A DNA stretch of 63,842 nucleotides, the filler included, from Octopus bimaculoides (lineage: Eukaryota): the NCBI RefSeq assembly GCF_001194135.2. It is 4 parts of 4 records of this genome, joined end to end, with 100 filler letters (N's around TTAATTAATTAA, not from the genome) between each part and the next. Parts side by side here need not be neighbours in the genome. Positions count along the whole stretch, not along the records: positions 1 to 23,844 come from NC_068992.1; 3 more parts are not named here. One strand, written 5' to 3'. This document shows, piece after piece, positions 1 through 11,418 of this stretch. Position 1 is the stretch's first letter. Each line of letters starts with the position of its first letter. Under the pieces are notes generated by a model, which searched no databases, was not told where the DNA came from, and worked only from the letters and a program-made list of their open reading frames with translations. A program made the position numbers and the translations under genes.

Positions 1-109
1 CACACAAATAACTAAGATTCAGTTGAATTTTCTTCCATCTTCTTACTCTGTTAAAATATTTAAGAAAAATTATATTAATGTGTCCTACTTATTAAAATTC
101 CGTTTATTT

Positions 110-192
110 GTACAGCTGAAGATAGCACTGCATTTAAATTGATGTAATGATTGCATTGTTCAATTAAATGGAGTCGCTTGAAACGGTCGTAC
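110..192 (+). ncRNA. Degenerate type I hammerhead ribozyme with long stem II
   Basis: GTAC(110-113) ag CTGAAGA(116-122) t AGC...GCT t GAAA(180-183) CGG TC GTAC(189-192). The insert folds as CATTTAAATTGA/TCAATTAAATG with an inner AATG/CATT hairpin. Stem I is short and bulged. Confidence 0.5.
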
Positions 193-304
193 TGCATCAC
201 TTCTTGATATCCTGTTACTTACTTTGACTATGTGTGTGTGTGTGAGTGTATGTGTGTGAGTGTGTGCGCGTGCGTGTGCTTGCGTACATACATATAAATA
301 TGTG

Positions 305-626
305 TGAAGGCGCGTGGGCTAGTGGTTAGGGATATTCGGCTCATGATCGTAAGGTCGCGAGTTCAATTCCCGGTGATGTGTTGTGTCCTTGAGCAAGACC
401 TTTTATTTCATGTTGCTCCAGTCCACTCAACTGGCAAAAGTGAGTTGTACTCGTATTTCAAAGGGCCAGCCTTGTCACACTCTGTGTGACGCTGAATCTC
501 CCCGAGAACTACATTAAGTGTACACGTGTCTGTGGAATGCTCAGCCACTTACACGTTAATTTCACGAGCAGGCTGTTCCGTTGATCGGATCAGCTGGGAC
601 CCTCGTCGTCGTAACTGACGGAGTGA
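305..626 (+). mobile_element. tRNA-derived SINE, group A (head variant 1)
   Basis: A-box-like GGGCTAGTGG, B-box GAGTTCAATTCC and a TGTGTCCTTGAGCAAG core. The 3' half is shared with the SINE at 7602-7976. Confidence 0.85.
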
Positions 627-914
627 TAGTTTAGTTTATTTTTTAAAGTTTTATAAANNNNNNNNNNNNNNNNNNNNNNNNNNNNNNNNNNNNNNNNNNN
701 NNNNNNNNNNNNNNNNNNNNNNNNNNNNNNNNNNNNNNNNNNNNNNNNNNNNNNNNNNNNNNNNNNNNNNNNNNNNNNNNNNNNNNNNNNNNNNNNNNNN
801 NNNNNNNNNNNNNNNNNNNNNNNNNNNNNNNNNNNNNNNNNNNNNNNNNNNNNNNNNNNNNNNNNNNNNNNNNNNNNNNNNNNNNNNNNNGGGGGGGGAG
901 AAGGCGTGCGCTCA

Positions 915-1070
915 GATCTGTGTCATCCGACGATGGCGGATCAGTTGTTGGATCAACTGAACAACACACCCTTGAATTAGCGAGTAAGTGGATGCGTATT
1001 CCGCAGATATTGTGTACCCATAACGAAGTTCGTGGGGAGAATCAGCTTGACACAGCGTATGCCATATGAC
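915..1070 (-). mobile_element. Degenerate SINE group A 3' fragment
   Basis: Reverse complement resembles the 3' half of 305-626 and 7602-7976 (GTACCC-TAACG-AGTT...TCAGC-TGACACAG). Confidence 0.55.
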
Positions 1071-1265
1071 AGTACTTTTCGAATTACAGGTACAATCCAC
1101 CCGACGGGCTTCTATACAATTTCCGTCTACCCAATGTCACCCACAAGGTGTGTGTCAATCCGTGTCTGCAGAAAATGCCTTGTTGCCCAAAATGGTCACG
1201 CAGTGAGATCGAAACCGGAACCTTGTACTCGCAAACCAAACCATCTTAACTATCTGGTCATACTA

Positions 1266-1315
<50 letters not shown>

Positions 1316-1502
1316 NNNNNNNNNNNNNNNNNNNNNNNNNNNNNNNNNNNNNNNNNNNNNNNNNNNNNNNNNNNNNNNNNNNNNNNNNNNNNNNNNNNNN
1401 NNNNNNNNNNNNNNNNNNNNNNNNNNNNNNNNNNNNNNNNNNNNNNNNNNNNNNNNNNNNNNNNNNNNNNNNNNNNNNNNNNNNNNNNNNNNNNNNNNNN
1501 NN

Positions 1503-1543
<41 letters not shown>

Positions 1544-1546
<3 letters not shown>

Positions 1547-1680
1547 ACGGGCTTCCTTCAGTTTCTGTCCACCAAGACTATAGTAGAAGACACTTACCCA
1601 AAGTGCCACGCGGTGGAACTGAATCCGGAACCCTGTGGTTGGGAAGCAAACTTCTGCCCACACATCCCTACGCCGGCACC
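1544..1680 (-). mobile_element. SINE group C 5' half (internally deleted), adjoining (TA)n
   Basis: CGACGGGCTTC-TTCAGTTTC...TATAGTAGAAGACACTT...GTGCCACGC...GAACTGAA-CCGGAACC matches the other group C copies. Confidence 0.8.
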
Positions 1681-2809
1681 TACGCTACATATGCAGACAC
1701 TTGTACCTATGTATAAATATATGTGTAAGCACGCACAGTCTTGGCTTATCCTACTACGCTAAGTGGTTCGACGTTTATTTTATAGATATGAATAAAAATA
1801 CACAGCTAAACATTACAATTTAATTACATAATTGAAGAGACAGAGAGAAAAGGATAGGCCAGCACTTTGTCACATATTTAGAAACATAACTGTCGTCTGC
1901 TGAATGATAGATGCGGTATTTAAATCCCATTTGTGATTATATTCCGATATTCCCGTTTCAAATTGGTGCTTACAGTGTCGAAAACTTTAATCCGTTTAAA
2001 ATTTCACTCGTAAGATCTTCCAACATGTCATAGAAACTTCCAGAAACTTTATATTTCTATCAATCTAAAGATTTTATTCCATTATTTAACATGATTCTCC
2101 AAATATTTTAATTATTTCTCCCTGTTTTATTCTCTCCGTAATCTCTCAATTGTATTACTTTCTTAGAATCCGTTGCAACACATGATCTGAAACTCTACGA
2201 TTTGATTTCAAATACCGACAATGTCATCTTTGCATTCCTTTTTTAAATTTCCTTACATTTTGTTTACTTTAAAAAAAAAATCTTTTCGTGCTTCGTAAAT
2301 GTAATACCATCCTCGTGCTGTCCTATCCTTCTACCCTTTCTAACTGTCACGTCCTAGATGTTCTATAAGAACAAGGATGCTGGGGATCTTGAGGAGTCTA
2401 GACGACTCCTCATGAGTGCATAAAACACCTAAAACAGTTAGTAAAATCATGGGGCATATTCATATCAAGTCATCCTCCTTCTATCACCCAACTCATATAT
2501 CATATATTATACACGCTTAGTGTATATACACGCTTAGTGTTGCCTCCTCAGTACTATAGTAGAACTAAATACGATTTTATTTTGATGGAGTGAGGATCTT
2601 CTCCTGTGAACTCCTACGGTCATAAGACTAGCTAAAAGCTGCGACTTGCCAGATGACTTTGTATGCACAATGGCGAAAGCTCAGTGTGTCCTTTTTCTGT
2701 ATTTACTTGTACTGTCTTCCATTTCTTTTCTCGTTGCTTACGTATTTAACGCGTTTGTTTATGTATTTCATGTTATTTGCACCGTTGGTGACGTCCTGTA
2801 CCCATATAT

Positions 2810-2871
<62 letters not shown>

Positions 2872-3244
2872 GGGAGAATATACAAAAAATAACAACAGAC
2901 GAGGACAGGTGGTGTAAATAACAAAAGTATATATTAGTATGNNNNNNNNNNNNNNNNNNNNNNNNNNNNNNNNNNNNNNNNNNNNNNNNNNNNNNNNNNN
3001 NNNNNNNNNNNNNNNNNNNNNNNNNNNNNNNNNNNNNNNNNNNNNNNNNNNNNNNNNNNNNNNNNNNNNNNNNNNNNNNNNNNNNNNNNNNNNNNNNNNN
3101 NNNNNNNNNNNNNNNNNNNNNNNNNNNNNNNNNNNNNNNNNNNNNNNNNNNNNNNNNNNNNNNNNNTATATATATATATATATATATGTGCGACACATTT
3201 ACAACACTATTACTAGCGGTCGTTATAATAATTCTTTCTACTAT

Positions 3245-3420
3245 AGACACGCGGCCTTGATTTTATGGGGAGGGGGATGAATCGATTACATCGACTCCAG
3301 TACTCAACTGGTACTTAATTTATCGACCTGAAAGGATGAAAAGCAAAGTTGACCTCGGCGGAATTTCAACTCAGAACGTAGCGATGGACGATATACCGCT
3401 AAGCAACTCACCCGGCAAGA
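3245..3420 (-). mobile_element. SINE group B
   Basis: ACTGGTACTTAATTTATCGAC...AAAGGATGAAA-GCAAAGTTGACCTCGGCGGAATTT-AACTCAG is the reverse of the group B core and B box. Confidence 0.85.
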
Positions 3421-4329
3421 CACAGTACAAGTGGTTTCGTCACGATTTCGTTAGAATAATTCAGCTGAAAATTGTGTTTTTTTCTTCCTCAGAAAGAACA
3501 ATCCCAGATTCTTAAACCACCTGTTTATATGATTTGAAAAATAATCCGAAAATTTGTTAAAAACATGAAAAATTATAAGACATTGATGATACTAAAAAAT
3601 GCACGTGATATCGTCGTATAACCCTAGCAGACCTTTGGAGACTGATGAGATTGGTGTGTTTGATATCTAGGATGAAGATCTGTACAGCAATGCTTGCTGG
3701 GTAGCCACGTATTGAGAAAGAATTGAGGTCTGGTAAAAATGCTTACAATACAGTGAAACCCTGTAAAAGAACCTGAAGCTAAGGCAATACTTTTAAAGGG
3801 TTTATTATGCAATTACTTACTTTATCGGTTCCCCGACAATGATTAAAGGAAAGTTGATCTTGGCGAGATTTGAACTGGAAACGCAGGAGGACGTAACTAA
3901 AGTTTTAAAAGTATTTTAAGATAGCCATAAGAGGCTAGGATTTGAAAGCTTTTAAGAAAAACAATTAGACGTTAAAAGTAGCAATAATGATCTGGGGTCT
4001 AAATGCTTTTACAAGTAGTAATAATGGCCTGGAATCTGTAAGTTTTTAAAAATAGTAATGATAGGTTAGAACCAGTTGCAATTAGTCACAACAGTTCAGA
4101 CGAGTCCGAGTGTCTTCTAAGAGAGTGTCACATACAACTCGTTAAAGAAATATTTTCAAACGACAATTTTGGTAAGCAACCGTTTGTGAACGGAATTGCA
4201 GAATAGATCGATTGAAAACTATATATTGCTTGTGAGAGAAGGATTGCTCGGTCAGAATTATCAACGTTTGTTATACAATATCTGACCATAACCAATAAAC
4301 ACGTTGAAGTGATAGTCTGAATGTATTGT

Positions 4330-4700
4330 AAACTGGATGGAAAATTTATCCCGAAGAAACCACTTTGCAGAGCAAAAAGTAAAATAAATAAATATTCCGA
4401 TTACTCAAGAGTTTGCAGTAGTTGAATCTGCTTAAAGTTGGAATAACACGACAAAGTTATTATATCAGTTTGAGTTACACTAAGTTCTATAGCACAGTTA
4501 GAAAATTGCCCTCGTCGTTGAAAGATGCAGAGCAAAGTCCCTGTGGAACATTATTGTGCACGAAGGAAAAACAAAGTCTAGGTTACAAAGCAAATAATTT
4601 ATAATTTAAACATGGAAAAGAAAACCGTAATTTATTACGATAATTAGTAGAGCAATGGCGAATAACTCTAATGATTATTCGAAAAGCTTTGATGCTAAGA
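4330..4700 (+). pseudogene. Possible ancient R4/Dong-type reverse transcriptase relic
   Basis: Fragmented peptides EQSPCG...LGYKANNL and AMA...DYSKSFDA loosely recall the EQxG...GCKxQL and MAWIDYRKAFD motifs of RLE-type LINE RTs. Many stops. Confidence 0.3.
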
Positions 4701-5199
4701 AATTACACTAAATTAAATATTTAATTCAGGAGATGGAATGTAAGAAAATATCTATTATTCTGTTTGTAAATAGTGCAACGGAAACAACTAAGTAAATGCC
4801 TGCAAATGAATTGACACATGAGTAATGAACAAGAACGAAGAGGGGGGGGGGAGTTTCAGAAAATACCATCACTATGTGCTGTAAATGTTGCAATGGTGTT
4901 AAAGAATATTTGTTCACCTTTAACATTTAAATGCAGCAATAACAAGATGCAGCTACTTATGTGTATTAAACAAGGATGGTGAGAGGGGAGCTGAAATGGT
5001 TAAACGAGGCCAGCACTCCTGTTTTTGTCTTGTGCTTCCGGTCCCACTACGGGAAATAATTACATTTATTTATCCTGGGGTTTACAAAATAAGTATCCTA
5101 AACAGGATCTATAACATTAATTTTACCACTCTTTCTCCCTCTGGTCTGTGGTAATACAAAAAAATGATTATAAATAAATCTTGAGAAAGATTAAGCAAT

Positions 5200-5420
5200 G
5201 AAGGCGCATGGCTTAATGGTAAGGGTATTGGACTCATGATCGTACGATTGTGATTTCGACTCCTGGTCTGGGCGATGCGTTGTGTTCTTGAGCAAAACAA
5301 TTCATTCCAAGCTACTCCAGTTCGCTCATCTTGTAAAAATGAGCGATCCTACGACGGACTAGCGTCCCGTCCAGGATGAATATATGTACGCCAGAGAAAT
5401 CGAAAAACCGGTCCTATGCT
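5200..5420 (+). mobile_element. SINE with group A variant-1 head and a different 3' tail
   Basis: Head AAGGCGCATGGCTTAATGGTAAGGG...TGTGTTCTTGAGCAA resembles 305-400. The tail GACGGACTAGCGTCCCGTCCAGG differs from that copy. Confidence 0.7.
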
Positions 5421-5576
5421 CCATAAACAGCGATTTGGAATAATTCATAGATAAAAACTACTGAATCAATAAAGTCCTAGATTCACTTCTGTTGCTCCAA
5501 GACGTTGTGTGTTCGATTTCGTCTTTCATCGTCAAAATATTGAAAAAAAAAAAAAAAAAAATCAAATCCCTGATTT

Positions 5577-6329
5577 GACAAAATCATAGATCAAAATCAT
5601 AGATCAAAATNNNNNNNNNNNNNNNNNNNNNNNNNNNNNNNNNNNNNNNNNNNNNNNNNNNNNNNNNNNNNNNNNNNNNNNNNNNNNNNNNNNNNNNNNN
5701 NNNNNNNNNNNNNNNNNNNNNNNNNNNNNNNNNNNNNNNNNNNNNNNNNNNNNNNNNNNNNNNNNNNNNNNNNNNNNNNNNNNNNNNNNNNNNNNNNNNN
5801 NNNNNNNNNNNNNNNNNNNNNNNNNNNNNNNNNNNNNNNNNNNNNNNNNNNNNNNNNNNNNNNNNNNNNNNNNNNNNNNNNNNNNNNNNNNNNNNNNNNN
5901 NNNNNNNNNNNNNNNNNNNNNNNNNNNNNNNNNNNNNNNNNNNNNNNNNNNNNNNNNNNNNNNNNNNNNNNNNNNNNNNNNNNNNNNNNNNNNNNNNNNN
6001 NNNNNNNNNNNNNNNNNNNNNNNNNNNNNNNNNNNNNNNNNNNNNNNNNNNNNNNNNNNNNNNNNNNNNNNNNNNNNNNNNNNNNNNNNNNNNNNNNNNN
6101 NNNNNNNNNNNNNNNNNNNNNNNNNNNNNNNNNCATAGATCAAAATTATAGATCAAAATTATAGATCAAAATTATAGATCAAAATTATAGATCAAAATTA
6201 TAGATCAAAATTATAGATCAAAATCATAGATCAAAATTATAGATCAAAATCATAGATCAAAATCATAGATCAAAATCATAGATCAAAATCATAGATCAAA
6301 ATCATAGATCAAAATCATAGATCAAAATA
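5577..6329. repeat. 13-bp minisatellite (AGATCAAAATYAT)n spanning a gap
   Basis: About 15 near-perfect units at 6133-6329 and about 2 before the gap at 5611. Confidence 0.95.
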
Positions 6330-6429
6330 TGTACTCCAATGTACATACTCCAGCTGAGTTCGTTCGTTAATAATTTTTCCTAAATTATTAAACTTTTTAC
6401 AACAATTGTAGGCCACTGATCACACAATG

Positions 6430-6785
6430 TTGAATGTATTAGCTAAATATCATAGAATATATTATTCACACAGCATGGAATGGATTGGCTAAATAATGTA
6501 GAATATTTAGCAAATAAATAGATTGGCTAAGTAACGCAGAATATATATAGACGAATGAATGAATTGGCTAAATAGCGTAGATTGTATTGGTCAAATACCA
6601 CTAAATATATTGGCGAAATAACGTAAATGATATTTTAAAAATTATGATAAATATTTGATCAAATAACGTTGAATATATTGGCCCAATAACGTGGATTGTA
6701 TCGGTTAACTGATGTTACGCATGCTGCTACAAAACATTGAATTTATTGGCAATTAGCGTAGATAGTTTTGATCATGTGACATTAA
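6430..6785. repeat. Diverged ~23-bp tandem repeat carrying ATTGG
   Basis: Consensus about AATATATTGGCTAAATAACGTAG, with a 23-bp period visible at 6661/6684/6707. Confidence 0.75.
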
Positions 6786-6889
6786 ATATTTAGTGAAATA
6801 ACTTTGAACATTTAGTGAAACAACTTTGAACATTTAGTGAAACAACTTTGAACATTTAGTGAAATAACTTTGAACATTTAGTTAAATTA
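6786..6889. repeat. 22-bp minisatellite (TGAACATTTAGTGAAAYAACTT), about 4.5 copies
   Basis: Near-perfect units read directly. Confidence 0.9.
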
Positions 6890-7090
6890 AGTCGGTGAGC
6901 TGGCGGAATCGTTAGAACACTGAACAAAATGATTAGAGGCATTTCGTCCGACTTCACGTTTTGATTTCAAATTTCACCGAGGTCGACTTTGCCTTTCATC
7001 CAATCGGGGGTAATAAGTACCAGTTAAACATTGGGGTTGATGTAATCAATTTATCATCTCCTCCGAAACTGCAGAAATTCGAAATCCATA
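6890..7090 (+). mobile_element. SINE group B with 13-bp TSD
   Basis: Head GGTGAGCTGGCGGAATCGTTAG and core GAGGTCGACTTTGCCTTTCATCC. TTTAGTTAAATTA flanks both sides. Confidence 0.85.
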
Positions 7091-7601
7091 TTTAGTTAAA
7101 TTATACTCTTTTATTACTTGTTTCAGTCATTTGAGTGCGGCCATGCTGGAGCACCACCTTTTAGTCAAAGACAAGAATACAAGACATATTATCTTTTACC
7201 TGTTTCAGACATTGGACTGCAGCCATTTATAAACTGAATACAAATAATTTAATTGATGGTACCGTATTTCATTTTACAATCATAATATGCAAAGATGTAT
7301 ACTAAAGGCTTATAAGTTAATACTGCGTCGTACCTGTGTTAGCAGTGCGATTCAGTTACTTTTAAAATTTATCTCTACAGATTATCCATAGAAATTAGAG
7401 CCAACACTGAAAGTTACGACCTTTCGTATACGAATACGTCTTTGTAAGCTCAATACATTCACGCAATTTTCAGCGCTGGGTGTCATTTCTAAAAAAAAAA
7501 AAAATCTGTAGAAATAACTTTAAATCTACAACCTCATATCACAGCAGAAGAAAACATTAACATTGCAAACACATCCTTCACCGCTTGTTTATAGAATTCT
7601 T

Positions 7602-7976
7602 GTGGAGGCGCAATGGCCCAGTGGTTAAGGCAGCAGACTCGCGGTCATAGGATCGCGGTTTCGATTCCCAGACCGGGAGTTGTGAGTGTTTATTGAGCGA
7701 AAACACCTATAGCTCCCTGAGGCAACGGCAGAGGGTGGCGGCGAACCCTGCTGTATTCTTTCACCACAGCTTTCTCTCACTCTTTCTCCCTGTTTCTGTT
7801 GTACCCGTATTTCAAAGGGGCCAGCCTTGTCACACTCTGTGCCACACTGAATCTCCTCAAGAACTACGTTAAGGGTACACATGTCTGTGGAATGCTTAGC
7901 CACTTGCACGTTAATTTCACAAGTTGGTCGGATCAACTGGAACTCTCGACGTCGTAAGCGACGGAGTGCCACGCAC
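7602..7976 (+). mobile_element. Full-length tRNA-derived SINE group A (resembles the octopus OR families) with 9-bp TSD
   Basis: A box TGGCCCAGTGG and B box GGTTTCGATTCC. TSD AGAATTCTT at 7593-7601 and 7977-7985. The family name is recalled, not searched. Confidence 0.9.
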
Positions 7977-8321
7977 AGAATTCTTAGAACCAGCAGCAAG
8001 ATTGGTTCTTGTCGAATTTGCTTAAACTGTATTTGAATTATATCGTTTCCCACATGTCTTATTTATATGGTTATGTCTCACTATCAGTTCGTTTACTCAT
8101 GTGTTCTTAATTCTCTATGAATTATTAAGGCGGAAAAAAAGACGAAGAAAAAAATGACCGGGTGCTTTCATTTTGTATATAATTAAAACACCATTTCCTC
8201 ATTCTTCATTATCAACAGCAGGTTAATAGTTAATAGAAAAGATTCTAATTAACTAATCACCAAACCGTACTCAATGACATAAACGTAATCAAGCATTTTT
8301 TGTGGACATCATGTATGTATG

Positions 8322-8372
<51 letters not shown>

Positions 8373-8593
8373 GAATACATGATTTTGTATATGTATATAT
8401 GTATATACACACATGGACGCATAGACGTGTAAATGTATATCCATATATATTTACACATGCGTGCAATATANNNNNNNNNNNNNNNNNNNNNNNNNNNNNN
8501 NNNNNNNNNNNNNNNNNNNNNNNNNNNNNNNNNNNNNNNNNNNNNNNNNNGTATGTATGTATGTATATACACATGTCTATGTACATGTATATA

Positions 8594-9454
8594 CAGGGTG
8601 GGTGGAAAGTAACTAGGCATTAGAAATTGCTTATGGAATTTTTAGTATCACTGAAGTCATGGCGAAAACATTTTTTAAACAGACATTACTAATAGGAAGT
8701 TTCTATTTTCTTATTGTCTTATTGTCTTATTTCTTATTTTCCAGATGGCCGGTCGCTTGACTGTTCAGGAGCGAGCTAAGATAGCAGCACGCTATGAAAT
8801 GTGGAATTTCGTTCTTTTGGTTCAGAGATGGTGGCGTGCATGGAGAGGCAAGCATGCAACACTACGTCCGGAGACAATAAAAAGTTGTCATGCAAAGCTG
8901 ATGACCACGGGCTCTATGAAGGATGCAAAAAGAAGTGGCCGTCCAGCTACATTCCGATCAGCGGAGAACGTGGCAGTAGTGCAGGAAATGTTCAATCGCA
9001 GCCTGCAAAAATCAACGGGTCAAACAGCTCGTGAAAGTGGGCTAAGAAGACACGCAATACGTACGGTGTTGCATAAAGAATTGAATTTTCGTCCATGGAA
9101 ACCCCATTACGAACAAGAGCTAAAGCCTGAAGACTGTGACCGCAGAAGTCCAGAAGTCCTGAACTCTAAGAAGTCTAGATCTCACTCCATGTGATTTTTA
9201 CCTGTGAGGTTACACAAATGAGGTGTACAAGAAAAAACCTCGCACATTCAGGATGACCTCAATGATATTGAGACGTCCTTCAGAAGGTTGCTCATTCCAT
9301 CCTTGGCTGTTTGAGGAAACTGGTTGAAATATGCAGATTTACTTACATTTTCCCATGTAATAAAGAACATGTGTCATTTGTTTCAATAAATTTGTAAAAG
9401 AAACAGGGATTTTATTACCAATCTTTAATGCCTACTTACTTTTCACCTACCCTG
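8594..9454 (+). mobile_element. Internally deleted Tc1/mariner-superfamily DNA transposon (N-terminal HTH of DD37D/maT-like type)
   Basis: 29-bp TIRs CAGGGTGGGTGGAAAGTAACTAGGCATTA / TAATGCCTACTTACTTTTCACCTACCCTG with TA on the left. ORF 8745-9194 has HTH features (QRWW, KRSGRP, ELNFRPWK) but no DDD/E domain. Confidence 0.85.
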
Positions 9455-9511
9455 AGTTTGTGTGTACGTGTGTGTGTATATATATATATATGTGTATGTA
9501 TAAATATGTGT

Positions 9512-9691
9512 GTTCTTTTATTCTTTTACTTGTTTCAGTCATTTGACTGCGACCATGTTGGAGCACTGCCTTTGGTCGAACAAATTGACCCCAGGACTTA
9601 TTCTTTGTAAGCCTAGTACTTATTCTATCGGTTTCTTTTACCGAGCTGCTAAGTTACGGGGACGTAAACACACCAACATACACACACACAA

Positions 9692-9727
<36 letters not shown>

Positions 9728-9890
9728 GACGAGCTTCTTTCAGTTTCCGGTTTCGAAATCCACTCACAAGGCTTTGGTCAGCCCGAGGCTATAGTAGAAG
9801 ACATTCGCCGAAGATGCCACGCAGTGGTACTGAACTCGGAACCATGTGGTTGAAAACAAGTTTCTTACCACACAGCCACGCCTGCACCTG
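9512..9890 (-). mobile_element. Full-length SINE group C with internal (CA)/(TA) microsatellite
   Basis: Tail TTTTACTTGTTTCAGTCATTTGACTGC, central microsatellite, and head region CTTACCACACAGCCAC. Confidence 0.9.
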
Positions 9891-10658
9891 ATTGGTTAAA
9901 ATATTTTAGAAAGTGTGAAATAATATTGATCTCTGTTTCACTAATTGTTTTTTTGCGGTTTTCTCAAGGAAAGGAGGAAGTGTAGCGCATAAAACTCTTT
10001 TTTTTTTCAGGGCTTTCTGATGAGATGAAAGGATGGAGTTATCCTCGAACCGGAGAAGCGACTTACCGCGGATTCCACTAAAATTACCCAACAAGTTTGT
10101 ACTTTGAAACTAGGCGCATCATTAGATCTACTCCTTTAGAACGCTGAGCGTTAAGGTCCACAAGGCAGGCATCTTGTCCAATATTTCAACAATTCCACCT
10201 TGAAGCGGAACTTTATTTATTTGACTGCTGAAAGGACGAAAGCATGAATTTGACATCAGCGGGATTTGAAATCAGCGCGTATATAATCAGAACAAACACT
10301 GCAAAATATCCTACCCTCTCCTGCTTTGCACTGGGTCCTCAGCTCCTCGATGGAGTCATAACGCTACCAACTATCGTGGCCCGATGATGCATCTTAAAAT
10401 AATTTTAAGGCCTGGTGGAGCACATCCGTTTTTAGGCCTGAATGAAGCCGATACTTTCCAGAAAAGCTGAAAACCGATTGAATGAAGGAAACGAAACAAG
10501 GATCAGTACTTATTTTAACGACACCGAAAAGGTGAAAAACAAAACTGACCTCAGAGGAACTTGAACTAGAGCCGGAAGGATTAGTACAACGCAATCTATC
10601 TGATGCTCTATCGACTCTACGAATCGGATGCTTTCTTTTGCCTTACACCCTTCGTTTT

Positions 10659-10729
<71 letters not shown>
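10659..10729. repeat. (TTTC)n microsatellite
   Basis: Read directly. Confidence 0.95.
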
Positions 10730-10732
<3 letters not shown>

Positions 10733-11127
10733 CTCCTCCCATTCTGCTACTTTGGCAGAAATTAGGAGCTGCATGAGATCCGTTGTATATCAGACCCTAT
10801 TAGGGGTGATAAACAGTCTTGTTTCCAAGCAGATGTGGGGGGTTGGGGACACAGAAATGGGGGCAACAACAACGTTTTTTCTCTTCCTTTTTGATTGCTA
10901 ATAACGCTTTTCTTCCTTTCTGTCCTGACTCCATATTTACATATAGATACATGTGCGTGTGTATACATACATACATACAAATACACACACACCCATATAT
11001 AATATTATATGTGTGTATACATACTCATATATATATATGTATGTATATATACATTATACACACACACGCACACAAATATAAATGCTGTGTGCGTATGTCT
11101 TTGTTAATAACACTTCTTTGTATCACT

Positions 11128-11183
<56 letters not shown>

Positions 11184-11363
11184 NNNNNNNNNNNNNNNNN
11201 NNNNNNNNNNNNNNNNNNNNNNATCCGGGGTCTACACCAAGAACACCCCCACCCCACCCCTGACCACGGACACCGCCACCCTACCGACACCACCCGCTGC
11301 CACTAACATGATAAACTGGAAAGATAAGCCAACTACATGAACCTTATTTCGGAAAATCATACT

Positions 11364-11365
11364 AC

Positions 11366-11416
<51 letters not shown>
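11364..11416. repeat. (AAT)n microsatellite
   Basis: Read directly. Confidence 0.95.

Positions 11417-11418
<2 letters not shown>

Noticed and set aside
7602-7680. tRNA-like sequence (also at 305, 5200, 62385 and 62563)
   Set aside because: These are SINE heads: each continues into a SINE body, has no clean cloverleaf, and the 7602 copy has a TSD.
10057-10085. Possible 11-nt microexon on the minus strand (TTTTAG|TGGAATCCGCG|GTAAGT)
   Set aside because: No real polypyrimidine tract or other support; such matches are expected by chance.
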